Positions 49,372 through 58,713 of a stretch of 64,000 nucleotides of DNA are shown in pieces. Under the pieces are notes generated by a model. That model made no database searches, had not been told where the DNA came from, and saw only the letters and a list, made by a program, of their open reading frames with translations. Location: the NCBI GenBank assembly GCA_963843145.1, contig CAWJJC010000028.1, positions 352,001 to 416,000 of the forward strand. The letters run 5' to 3'. Positions within the stretch are counted from its first letter, which is position 1. Each line of letters begins with the position of its first letter. The position numbers and the translations under genes were made by a program. The DNA is from an uncultured delta proteobacterium (GTDB lineage Bacteria > Desulfobacterota > RBG-13-43-22).

Positions 49372-50105
49372 GAAGGGTCCTTCCGCGGGCGACTTTTTTT
49401 GGGTCGGGGCGCCGGCAGCGGCCCCATCGATCGCCGGTCGCGAATCGGGGCCAGCCAGATGGTGTGTCGTCTCCCGCCCAGATGGCCCCAAGGCCGCACC
49501 TCCTCCACCCCGAAATCCGCGCGGCGCAGGCGCTGGGCAAAAGCCTGATCGGGTCCGGCTGACCAAACGGCCAGTATCCCGTCCGGCCGCAGGGCCCTCC
49601 GAATGACCTCTAGACCGGTCCCGTCGTAGAGCCGGTTATTGCCTTTACTGATCAGGTCCGCGGGGCCGTTGTCCACGTCCAGCAAAATGGCGTCGTAAGC
49701 CTGGTATTCGGATTGGAGTATTTTGACGACGTCCTCTTCCCGGACACGGACCCGTGGGTCTTGAAGTGGGTTGCCGGCCAAATGGGCCAGGGGGCCCCGG
49801 AGCCAGCGGACCACCGCCGGCACCAGTTCGGCCACCACCACCCGGCCCTGAGGTCCGATCTGGCGCAGAACCGCCGCCGTCGTGAACCCCAGACCCAACC
49901 CCCCGACCAGGATTCGGGGGCTGGCCCGGTCGGCGATCCGGGCGCAAGCCAAATCGCCCAAGGCGTCCTCCGAACCGTGGGCGGTGCTGTTCATGATTTC
50001 CCGGCCCTCCATCCGGATCGAAAACTCCTCCCCGCGCTTATACAGACACAGCTCTTGGTCGTTTCCGGGTACCGACGCGGAATCGAGCAATTCCCAGGGA
50101 ATCAT
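49365..50105 (-). CDS. Spermidine-synthase-like SAM methyltransferase
   Basis: GGLGLGFT and ILLDVDNGP motifs. Confidence 0.85.
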   Translation of the reverse strand: MIPWELLDSASVPGNDQELCLYKRGEEFSIRMEGREIMNSTAHGSEDALGDLACARIADRASPRILVGGLGLGFTTAAVLRQIGPQGRVVVAELVPAVVRWLRGPLAHLAGNPLQDPRVRVREEDVVKILQSEYQAYDAILLDVDNGPADLISKGNNRLYDGTGLEVIRRALRPDGILAVWSAGPDQAFAQRLRRADFGVEEVRPWGHLGGRRHTIWLAPIRDRRSMGPLPAPRPKKSRPRKDPSC

Positions 50106-50511
50106 GGCCGTTTCACCAAAGCAGCGGATGACGGTTTAAAGGCCAACAGGGACAGATCAATTATTAACGGCCTCATAACTGTATTTGAACGGGGTGTTCT
50201 TTTTATCTCTCGCCCGCTTCGCTCGAGTTCTCAGAGGGCGCAGAGAAAGATGAATGTATTTTTTGAAAAATTATTTATTCTCTGAGATCTCTGTGTGCTC
50301 TGTGAGAGATCGTCTTTTGTCTTTGCTTGTGACTAAGCGGCGTTAAGGAATCCTATCAATATTATTTTGGGACCGTTAATAAGACCTTCTATAAATACGT
50401 TACCAGAAGTGCAGCCCGAAGGCAAGCCGCCGGGGTTGTCATTCACCTGCGCTGCCTGCGGGACCGGGGTGTCCGATTTGCGGACCCTCCGCTTGTTTGC
50501 CGGATCGAGGA

Positions 50512-51315
50512 TCACTTGCCGTGAGTCAGGGCGATCTTCTCGAACATGGTCACCAACCCCACGCAGAGCGAATAGATCGATTCGATTTTGAGGTTTTCTT
50601 CCGCGGTGACGTCAAAGAACAGGTGCAGTGAAGAATCCATACCGTCCTCGCTTTTCCAGTAACACAATAAAACGGGCAGTCGGGGCAGGGGATGGATGAC
50701 TACGGCGATATCCGAATTGAAGCGGTCGGGCGCGGGTTCACCCGCGAAAATTTCAATAAGCAGTTCCAGGAGTTCGGTATATTCGTCGATGACTTTTTTT
50801 AACGGCTTTTCGCAACGCTGTTCGAAAAGACGCCACCAGTCCGCTCCGCCCTTGGTGTCTCTAAGCGGAAGCCACTCCCCTCGGGGCTCTCGGCCGGCGC
50901 AATCCAGGAGATAGTTCAAAATCGGAATAGAAACCCACCGGTTCACGTGGCAATCGGAATGGATGACGCCTTCGGCATCAACGCTGAAAGGCTTGCCTAA
51001 ACAGGTGAGCGTCAATTCCCCCTGGTGGTAAATAGCGCCGCATCGTTCCGCGGCCTCGCCCAGGTCGATTTTCCGGATTCGCTGCCGCAGGTTTTCCAAC
51101 GCCTTCTGGCTGTCCCTTTCAATTGAGCCTCCTTCCCCGACGCCTCTCCGGGACTCAGTCGAGCTTTCCTCTTCCAGATAAGGGCAGTCGCCGAGCGTTT
51201 TTTTGCCCTGGAATACCGCCACTGAAAAAGCCAGGCAACTGGCTTGGCGGCATTCCCGGCAGTTTGTCTTGGGAAGCCGGTTCAAGACCTCCAAGTGACT
51301 GGTTATGCGGGTCAT
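50512..51315 (-). CDS. Fe-S cluster domain + DUF3786 protein
   Basis: LPKTNCRECRQASC...CP N-terminus; PLPRLP..LFFD C-terminus. Confidence 0.8.
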   Translation of the reverse strand: MTRITSHLEVLNRLPKTNCRECRQASCLAFSVAVFQGKKTLGDCPYLEEESSTESRRGVGEGGSIERDSQKALENLRQRIRKIDLGEAAERCGAIYHQGELTLTCLGKPFSVDAEGVIHSDCHVNRWVSIPILNYLLDCAGREPRGEWLPLRDTKGGADWWRLFEQRCEKPLKKVIDEYTELLELLIEIFAGEPAPDRFNSDIAVVIHPLPRLPVLLCYWKSEDGMDSSLHLFFDVTAEENLKIESIYSLCVGLVTMFEKIALTHGK

Positions 51316-51340
51316 GGTCTTTTCTCCGTGGCTAAAAGAT

Positions 51341-51739
51341 TCAGGGATTCGAAATGCGGACGGTGAACACCACGGTTTTATCGGAGGGCGTGGCCTCCCA
51401 GGATCTCTTGTAGGTCAACCTTATCTCTGTAGTTCCCGCTTTGAGGGCCTTGAAGTGATAACGCTGCTCTCCACCCGATCCCGGACGCTGAGGGTAGGCC
51501 GGCTGGTAGGGGCTGCCGGTGAGTTCGAGATAGGAACGGTCGAAGTGTTCGTTGCCCCTCCAGGTGTATCCGGTCGTTTCATTGGCCTCGAGCCTGATCG
51601 TGAAAACCCTCCCCACCTTGGCCTGGATGTTCAGGTCCTTTTCGGAATAGAGGGCGCCGCCCTTTACCCCCGAGGTGGTGGCAGCGCAACCCAGGATTAG
51701 AAACATTACCACGATTCCGATACTGATTACCAGGGGCAT
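51341..51739 (-). CDS. Chagasin-family (I42) protease inhibitor lipoprotein
   Basis: Lipobox LGC, NETTGYTW, GSGG, YKRSWE motifs. Confidence 0.85.
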   Translation of the reverse strand: MPLVISIGIVVMFLILGCAATTSGVKGGALYSEKDLNIQAKVGRVFTIRLEANETTGYTWRGNEHFDRSYLELTGSPYQPAYPQRPGSGGEQRYHFKALKAGTTEIRLTYKRSWEATPSDKTVVFTVRISNP

Positions 51740-51896
51740 TGTCTTCTCATCCTTTCTCTCCTTTTCTCCAACGTTCACCTCTGCCCGGCCGCCTGAAACA
51801 TACCGCTCGTCTTTCACCGTTTTGGACTGTTTGAATAGGTGGCTGCCCGGCTCAGTAGCGATGCCCTTGACGGCGAAGTTTGGAGCCATAGCAGGA

Positions 51897-52847
51897 TTAT
51901 CCCTGTCTGGATTCCAGGGCCTTGACCAAAGCCCTGATGGTGGTGTTAAACGGAGTTTCGATTCCGGCCTGTCTCCCGTACTCGATAAACTTCCCGTTGA
52001 TGAAATCGATTTCCGTCCGGCGCCGCTGTTCCACGTCCACCAGCATGGAGGGTTTATGATGGCCCGCGCTTTCCATATATTCCCTGGCGAACGAATAAAA
52101 GTCCCACCCTACGGCGATTTCATTGGCCCGGGCCACCCGGATGCACTCTTTCAGTAAGGAATCGATTAATTGGAATATAATCGGATCCTCCAAGGCCTGC
52201 TTCATCGTTTGACCGGTGACCGCGCAAACCGGGTTCATGCAGGCGTTCATGACCGCTTTCCGCCAGACCAGGGGGATAATCTGATCGGTGTGTTCGGTGG
52301 CCAGTCCCGAGCGGGTCAGGGTCTCGGCCAGGGCCTTAGCCGAAGGCCGAGTTTCCGGGGCCAGCTCCTGAAGGTAATGAGGGGGATGATGAAAAACCAG
52401 CCGGACCCGGCCTGGTTGAATCAGCCCGCAGCCGTAATTTACCACGGCCCGCATCACCGGGGCCCGCCCTAAGACCCGGGCGACTTCAACTTCCGTGTCG
52501 ATCCCGTTTTGCCAACTCACTACGACCATTCCCTTTCGGTAAAAAGTCTCGATCGCCGAAGCGATCAGCGGAATGGCCGAGGCCTTGACGGTCAGGAATA
52601 TTACGGCCGGACGGTATTGGGCCAGTTCGTCGACATGAATGCAGGTGGCGAACACTTTTTGTTGCAGCCTGGCCGCACCTTCGATGGTTATCCCCGGATC
52701 AAGAGCAGGTTTAATCAGGTCCGGGTTGATATCGCAGAGGATGACTTTTTCCCCTTCCTTGGCCAGAAAAGCGGCCAGGGTGCAGCCCACCGGCCCGGCG
52801 CCTATCACCGCTATCGTGCTGGGAACTAAAATTCCTTTCGGTTTCAT
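51897..52847 (-). CDS. panE: 2-dehydropantoate 2-reductase
   Basis: GAGPVG, QNG, WRK..N, SML.D..RRTEIDFING motifs. Confidence 0.88.
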   Translation of the reverse strand: MKPKGILVPSTIAVIGAGPVGCTLAAFLAKEGEKVILCDINPDLIKPALDPGITIEGAARLQQKVFATCIHVDELAQYRPAVIFLTVKASAIPLIASAIETFYRKGMVVVSWQNGIDTEVEVARVLGRAPVMRAVVNYGCGLIQPGRVRLVFHHPPHYLQELAPETRPSAKALAETLTRSGLATEHTDQIIPLVWRKAVMNACMNPVCAVTGQTMKQALEDPIIFQLIDSLLKECIRVARANEIAVGWDFYSFAREYMESAGHHKPSMLVDVEQRRRTEIDFINGKFIEYGRQAGIETPFNTTIRALVKALESRQG

Positions 52848-52859
52848 GGGAGGCCCTTT

Positions 52860-53291
52860 CTACGAATACTCAAAAGAAGTGGGATCCAGCAGTCTGATCC
52901 CGTGCCCTTGAAGCAGGGCCATAGCCCTGTCGCTATCGTTGAAGCGGAAAATCATGATCGCCTTTCCGGTGGGGGCGCCGACCAGGCCATAGGCGTAGTT
53001 GATGCTGATCCCTCCTTCCAGAAGTGGTTTCAATATCCGGGCCAAGCCGCCCGGTTGATCTTCAATTTCCACGGCGATCACTTCGTCCACCCTGGCGGGC
53101 ATATTCCCGGTCATCAAGATCTGCATGGCCAGGGTGACATTCGAGACCAGTAGGCGAAGGACTCCGAATTCCCCCACATCGGCTATCTGTAGGGCCCGGA
53201 TGCTGATCCCGGCTTCCCCCAAGGACTGAGCGACCTGAAATAATCGCCCCGGGGCGTTTTCGATAAAAACGGATAGTTGCTTAATTTTCAT
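52860..53291 (-). CDS. Tandem ACT-domain protein
   Basis: QLSVFIENAPGRL and DQPGGLA motifs. Confidence 0.9.
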   Translation of the reverse strand: MKIKQLSVFIENAPGRLFQVAQSLGEAGISIRALQIADVGEFGVLRLLVSNVTLAMQILMTGNMPARVDEVIAVEIEDQPGGLARILKPLLEGGISINYAYGLVGAPTGKAIMIFRFNDSDRAMALLQGHGIRLLDPTSFEYS

Positions 53292-53477
53292 GTTTCCTCC
53301 TTTTTATAGGCTTTTCCCTCTCGGCTGGCGCCGAAGAGAGAGGATTGGGGAAGCGTATTCCCATTCTAAATCAGATCGTCTTTTTTTGACCACAAAATCT
53401 TTTAGGTGGATTATAATTTCGACAAACCCCCATGCTCAGGGCGGGTACCCGTGAAGCAGGAAAAAAACAGACCCCGG

Positions 53478-53574
53478 GTCATTGCGAGGAGCGAAGTGAC
53501 GAAGCAATCCCCCAGTTGGCTTATAACGCCCCCCAAGCCCTACCGGGGGATTGCTTCGCTTCGCTCGCAATGAC
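53478..53574. repeat. REP-like palindrome pair (GTCATTGCGAG...GCAATC family)
   Basis: GTCATTGCGAGGAGCGAAGTGACGAAGCAATCCCC ... GGGGATTGCTTCGCTTCGCTCGCAATGAC; half copies at 2507-2540 and 3722-3764. Confidence 0.8.
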
Positions 53575-53615
53575 ACACTTGTTTGGGCTTATTTTCGTAT
53601 TATAAGGAGAAGATC

Positions 53616-54492
53616 ATGATTGAAGATTGGTTGGCCAATGCCTATGAAGGGATGTCCCGGCGGCAGTTTCTCGCGCGGATGAGCGCTGCGGGTTTCGGCC
53701 TGGCCGGATTCGCGGTCGCCGCCGATCCGGTGGAGGGCGAAGTCATCACCACACCTGCCCAGGGACTGGAAACGGCCGCAGGGGAAGTTCCCCGTGGCGA
53801 TTTCCAGATTCCGATCTACGAGGCCCGTCCCGCTGCTCCAGGGAGGTATCCGGTCGTGCTTGTCCTCCCCGAGATTTTCGGGCTGCATGCTCACATCCAG
53901 GATGTCACCCGCCGGTTCGCTCGGGAAGGCTTCCTGGGCCTCACCTTTGAGCCTTACGCACGGGAAGGCGGCGTTCTGCAGCTTCCCGACCTGGCCGCCG
54001 TGCGGAAGGTGACGGATCGGATTCCGGACGCGCGGGTCATGGAGGACCTGGACGCTCTGGTGGCCTATGCCCGGCGGCACCCGGCCGGGCAGGGGGATCG
54101 GATCGGGGTGACGGGTTTCTGTCGCGGGGGAATGTACACCCTGCTCTTTCGCGGCCCATAGTCGCGGGCTGAAGGCCGCTGTTGCCTGGTACGGCCAGAT
54201 CCGGCCTGCAAAAATCCCGGGCGTCCGTTCAGCCGGACCCCTCGATCTGGCCGCGCAGATTAAAATACCCGTCCTCGGCCTATATGGTGAGGCGGACCTG
54301 GGGATTCCTGCGGACGACGTCAGGGAGATGGAGGCGGCCCTCAAGGCTTCCGGCACAGCGACCGAGTTCGTGCTTTACCCTGAGGCGCCGCACGCCTTTT
54401 TCGCGGATTATCGTCCCAGCTTTCGGCCGGAAGCGGCCGCTGATGCCTGGCGCCGCTGTCTGGCCTGGTTCAATAAATACTTGAAAGTTTAA
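53616..54492 (+). pseudogene. Dienelactone hydrolase family protein (Tat-like SRRQFL), frameshifted in a T-run near 54147
   Basis: EIFG and GFCRGG nucleophile motif; removing one T gives [26 protein letters not shown]; probably intact in vivo. Confidence 0.85.
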
Positions 54493-54498
54493 CCAGGA

Positions 54499-55038
54499 TC
54501 ATTCCTTCCGGGTTAAAGTCATCTCCATCATCTTTTCTTCTTTGCCCCCCTTGGCGGTGATGAACATTTCATAGGCCACAGTATTGTCATTAATGATCCT
54601 GGAGACACTACGCCAAGTCATGGGACCCCGGACCGGGTCGTCGTAGCGGCTTACCTGGGTAATGGTCTTGCCATTCGGACTGGCAGTCCCTTCAAAAAAA
54701 TAGATACCGGTGCTCATGGAGTCGATCCAGGTTGACACGTATTTCTTGGTATGGTTGTCATACCCGATGACATTGATGCCTTTGAAGGTACTTCCCATCA
54801 TCTTGCCGGTATATACCTGCTCCAGGAATCGTCCATCAAGGATCATCTTTTGTTTGCAGGTACCTGTGGATTCGACGGGGGGCTTATCGGGTTCCATCCA
54901 GCCCTTGGTCTTAGTAATCCAACTTCCCGCCTGACGCGCCAGTCGCTTGTGCGGCGCGCCCGGAGTTCCCACCTTCTGATAGACTTTCATGATCGCCTGC
55001 ATGTCCATCTTGCCTGCCTGTTTTTTCTCTTTTGCCAT
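54499..55038 (-). CDS. DUF1579-family protein
   Basis: TPGAPH..L...GSW and GYDN..KKYVSTWIDSMSTG motifs. Confidence 0.82.
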   Translation of the reverse strand: MAKEKKQAGKMDMQAIMKVYQKVGTPGAPHKRLARQAGSWITKTKGWMEPDKPPVESTGTCKQKMILDGRFLEQVYTGKMMGSTFKGINVIGYDNHTKKYVSTWIDSMSTGIYFFEGTASPNGKTITQVSRYDDPVRGPMTWRSVSRIINDNTVAYEMFITAKGGKEEKMMEMTLTRKE

Positions 55039-55241
55039 CGCAAACCTCCTTATGGATGTGGCCACCCGGGTCCGCCGCCGGACTGCGGCCTGGTGAACAA
55101 GTTAATACCATCCGGCGTAGTTTCCCCTTCGAGATTATCTTTTAATTCTTACTCATTATCCCAATTAAATAAATGGTGTAAACCGTGTATTTATTAAGAA
55201 AAAAAAGAGTATTTTTCTTTGAAAAAGGACGGTTCAACCGC

Positions 55242-56582
55242 TCAGGAAGGAAAACACCGGGCGAATTGTTTCATCAACCGCGGGGAGCCCTTGATGCGGA
55301 TCTTCCGTTGGATCAGGGCCGGGAGGAGGCCTTTTTCTTTGGCCAGAAAATCCACCCAAGTCCGGCTGTCCGCCGTGAGCTGCAGGTCCGCTTTTCCCAC
55401 GTGGCCGGGTTGAACCAAAATCTGTTGGTCTTTGATGACCGCCGTGCCGGTCAATTCTTCAGCCCCGGTAAAAGTGAAATGGTAGGTGGCGTTCATTCCT
55501 TCGGATTGCCCCCGCTGAAAAATCAAGGGCAGGCTTTCTAAGAAACTCTTCGCGGAGCCGGCCCGAAGGCCGTTGCCGATCAGCCTGGCTTTCTTATGAG
55601 GAAAACGCTTGGCCAGGTATTGTTCGGCATCCGAACCGGGTACTACAAAGATGGCTTCTTCTTTGTTTTGAAAAGGTTTGACCACCTCGTCCAAATAAGT
55701 TTGGCGGTCGTCCAGAAAAGGACCGATGACCTCCTCCCCGGCGGGACAGACAGCCAGGCAGTAGGAGGATTTGTTGCATATGCCGTAACTCAGGGACTGC
55801 CACATGGAGGTCGTCTCGGGATCGCCGACTTTCCGGCGATAAGCGGCCACGTCCCGGCTGGTGACCACCCGCTCCACCCAATCCTGAAAACCACCCAACC
55901 GGTCGCGGTAGTTGTGGGTCAGACAGGCGGTAAAATTGAAATGACCGTCCGGGGAGATGGCCCCGACCGGGCAGACGGCAACACAAAGTCGGCATTCCAC
56001 ACAGGGGTTATAATCCAGGGGTTGGTCATAGGCGGTGGCTTCCCGGTCCAGCAGGATGGTGCCTAAAACAATAAAGCTGCCGAACCGGGGATGGATCACC
56101 AGGCGGTGGTGCCCAATCTTTCCCAATCCCGCGGCCTCGGCGATGGTTTTGTGGGAAATCGGCCACATCTTCCCGGGCCATTTGGCCATATTCATGGGAA
56201 ACCCGCCCGAGAGGTAAAGTGCCCGGATGCCGTCCACTTCCAGCCTGCCGGCCAAACGGCGAGCCGCTTCGTTGATTTTTTCAAAGGTCCGCAAAAACTC
56301 CAGATCGGATACGTCCCGGGAGGGGCAACGGATATTCTCACGATTCATCTTGCAGACCAGGCTGACCAGGCTTTTTGTCCGGGGAAAGATCTCCAGGATG
56401 TCCGCGCGCTGATCATTTATTTCCGGGCGGTTCAGTTCGACGACGGCGGCATCGTCGGCACCGGCTTCCAACGCCAGGGTTTTAAGCCGAACGGCATCTA
56501 TTTTTTCCTGGTTCAGGGGAAGAGAATGGGCGGAGGCCTTCTCCCGGTAGCGTTTTACCGTCGGGTGCTCGTTGAGTTGCAT
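55242..56582 (-). CDS. QueG/reductive-dehalogenase-like 4Fe-4S protein fused to an SCP2 domain
   Basis: SHK..A.AAGLG.IG, CVECRLCVAVCP, CLAVCP; C-terminal SCP2 (..IRIKG..LM..F). Confidence 0.8.
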   Translation of the reverse strand: MQLNEHPTVKRYREKASAHSLPLNQEKIDAVRLKTLALEAGADDAAVVELNRPEINDQRADILEIFPRTKSLVSLVCKMNRENIRCPSRDVSDLEFLRTFEKINEAARRLAGRLEVDGIRALYLSGGFPMNMAKWPGKMWPISHKTIAEAAGLGKIGHHRLVIHPRFGSFIVLGTILLDREATAYDQPLDYNPCVECRLCVAVCPVGAISPDGHFNFTACLTHNYRDRLGGFQDWVERVVTSRDVAAYRRKVGDPETTSMWQSLSYGICNKSSYCLAVCPAGEEVIGPFLDDRQTYLDEVVKPFQNKEEAIFVVPGSDAEQYLAKRFPHKKARLIGNGLRAGSAKSFLESLPLIFQRGQSEGMNATYHFTFTGAEELTGTAVIKDQQILVQPGHVGKADLQLTADSRTWVDFLAKEKGLLPALIQRKIRIKGSPRLMKQFARCFPS

Positions 56583-56608
56583 CGGATGATCTCCCTTTTT
56601 GGTCGAGG

Positions 56609-57046
56609 TTAGGCTTCCCAGACCTCCGGCGGAACCATGCCCATAGACTGATATTCGATTCGGTACGGAGTGATTTTGCAGACCACATAATTGGGGTCGT
56701 CCGGTCCGGAAAATACATTCTTGAGGTGGTCGAACCAGACCGTTTTCTTACTTCGATCATCGGTCAGGATTTCCGCCCGGCCCTGGATCTGTAAATAGGA
56801 TTCAGCCGTTTCCATGGTAGCCACACCGGTGGTCAGGTGGACCTCCGGGTTTTTCTTGATCTGGGCAACTTTCCGGGAACCCAGGAAGGTGGCCATCCAG
56901 AGGGTCAGGTCTTCATCGGCGAAAGGAGTGACATAGCGGACCCAGGGTTTACCATCTTCAGTCAGCGTTCCCAGGGCGCAAAGGGTCGGTCCGGTTAATT
57001 TAGCCAAAATTTTCTTTTTAAGTTCCTGGGTGGGTGATTGGGCCAT
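56609..57046 (-). CDS. Pyridoxamine 5'-phosphate oxidase-like (FMN split-barrel) protein
   Basis: GKPWVR, SRKVAQIKKNPEV, GPDDP motifs. Confidence 0.85.
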   Translation of the reverse strand: MAQSPTQELKKKILAKLTGPTLCALGTLTEDGKPWVRYVTPFADEDLTLWMATFLGSRKVAQIKKNPEVHLTTGVATMETAESYLQIQGRAEILTDDRSKKTVWFDHLKNVFSGPDDPNYVVCKITPYRIEYQSMGMVPPEVWEA

Positions 57047-57094
57047 TTTCTTCCTCCTTTTTCTATATTTATAAGAAACATTAATAAATATCGA

Positions 57095-57676
57095 TTAACT
57101 GATTAATATATAATTAAAAATAGATTTGAGATGATTTTCAAGAGGGGCAGGACCCTTGACCGCTTTCATGTGCATGAGGGCCCCATGCCAGCTATAAACC
57201 AGGAAATAGGCCGCCTCTCGCACCTCCAGGCCCTTTGATAAATCTCCGGATTCCTGTGCTTCGGCCAACACGCCAGCGTATAAATCCACCATAGCATCCA
57301 GCCCTTGCCTGAGCTTTTCCCTGAAAGCCGGGCTTAAGTCCCCCATTTCCTGGGCCAGGTTGCCTATCGGACAGCCATAAGCAAAATCTCTCGATTTGAA
57401 GAATTCAATAAACCAGCCGAGGAAATTCCTGACCCGGTCCAACGGCGGAACAGAGCGGTCCTCGAGGGCCTCCCTGGCTAGCTTTGAATAAAATTCCATA
57501 AAATAATCGATTACTTGAATGCCAAAATCTTCTTTGTTCTTGAAATAATTATAAAATGATCCCTTGGGCACTCCTGCCGCCCGTAGCACTTCCTGAACGC
57601 CGGTATGATTGAACCCTTTGAGGTGGATGATCTCGGCGCCGCACTCTAAAATCCTGGTTTTGGTATCTTCCTTCAT
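57095..57676 (-). CDS. TetR-family regulator (NemR-like)
   Basis: GVPKGSFYNYFKNKE and GCPIGNLAQE motifs. Confidence 0.92.
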   Translation of the reverse strand: MKEDTKTRILECGAEIIHLKGFNHTGVQEVLRAAGVPKGSFYNYFKNKEDFGIQVIDYFMEFYSKLAREALEDRSVPPLDRVRNFLGWFIEFFKSRDFAYGCPIGNLAQEMGDLSPAFREKLRQGLDAMVDLYAGVLAEAQESGDLSKGLEVREAAYFLVYSWHGALMHMKAVKGPAPLENHLKSIFNYILIS

Positions 57677-57721
57677 TGTCAATTCGCTTATGCCTATTTT
57701 TTATTTTAGCGATTGACCATA

Positions 57722-57750
57722 ATAATAGACCGGTCGTCTTAATATGTCAA
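57722..57750 (-). promoter_or_regulatory. Sigma70 promoter with a TetR operator in the spacer
   Basis: Minus strand TTGACA-17-TATTAT; AGAC-GACCG-GTCT inverted repeat. Confidence 0.8.
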
Positions 57751-57913
57751 TTAATTTCTTATCGGAAGGGAAGCTGGATTCCAACCTCTCGTTAGATGAA
57801 GGATCGGAATCCAGCTTCTTAAGCTATTTCTGGCCTCCGTCCGGAGTTTATCCCGCGGACGGCAGGATCGGAGTGGCGAGGTGGTTCATCCCGCCCATAG
57901 CAAGAGACCGGCT

Positions 57914-58636
57914 TTATAGACTGTTGATACGCTGCAGGTCGATCTCCTTCAGGACTTGAATCCCTTTCGTCTTCATGGTTTCGAGGGCCTTCGCTGTAGT
58001 GTCGGGCGCTACGCCCTTGCTCAGACCTTCGATGACGACAACTTTGTAGCCGTTGGCGGCGGCATCGACGGCGGTGGCCAGGACGCAGTAATCAGTGGCT
58101 AGTCCATACACCACCAGCTTCTTGATGCCCGCCGCTTTGAGGATGGAGTCCATCTCGGTCTTGGCCCCTCCGTCATCCTGGAAACCCGAGTAGCTGTCGA
58201 ATTTCGGGTTCTGACCTTTCTTGACGATTGCCTGAAAGATGTTGTTGTCGAGGAGGACTTTGGCCCCATCGGTTCCCTGGACGCAATGGGGCGGCCAAAG
58301 GACCTGGGTCTTGCCGTTTACCTTAATGACCTCGAACGGTTTCTTGCCCACATGGTTAGTGGCGAAGGAAATATGAAGGGCCGGATGCCAGTCCTGGGTT
58401 CCGTAGATGGGAAAGCCTTCCTTTTTTAAAAGGGCCGTGGCCTCCGTCACCTTCTTGACGTAGGCTTCATCCGCCCCGTTGACCGCCAAGGATCCGTTCT
58501 TCCAGGTGGTGAAATCACCCTGCAGGTCGACCACAATCACACCTGTTTTCTCCCCAGCGGAAATTGCTGACAGGGGAGCCAGGCAGAACAACACCGACAG
58601 AACCGTACACCATAAGAAAATTGCTACGTTTTTCAT
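57914..58636 (-). CDS. pncA: Nicotinamidase with an N-terminal signal peptide
   Basis: VDLQGDF, QDWHP..H.SF, WPPHC, KG, DSYSGF, GLATDYCV motifs. Confidence 0.9.
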   Translation of the reverse strand: MKNVAIFLWCTVLSVLFCLAPLSAISAGEKTGVIVVDLQGDFTTWKNGSLAVNGADEAYVKKVTEATALLKKEGFPIYGTQDWHPALHISFATNHVGKKPFEVIKVNGKTQVLWPPHCVQGTDGAKVLLDNNIFQAIVKKGQNPKFDSYSGFQDDGGAKTEMDSILKAAGIKKLVVYGLATDYCVLATAVDAAANGYKVVVIEGLSKGVAPDTTAKALETMKTKGIQVLKEIDLQRINSL

Positions 58637-58713
58637 TGTTCTTCCTCCTTGTTCTTATTGTAAAACCATGATTTGGCGCGATAGGCTTCCCCGATGAGGA
58701 TACTCCACCGCAG

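Noticed and set aside
50512-51315. HgcA/HgcB mercury methylation genes near the MerB-like gene
   Set aside because: No NVWCAAGK cap-helix motif or HgcB-type ferredoxin; this is an FeS-DUF3786 protein
57772-57820. Inverted repeat GAAGCTGGATTCC...GGAATCCAGCTTC as IS ends
   Set aside because: It is too short and has no transposase; more likely a terminator or REP-like hairpin after pncA
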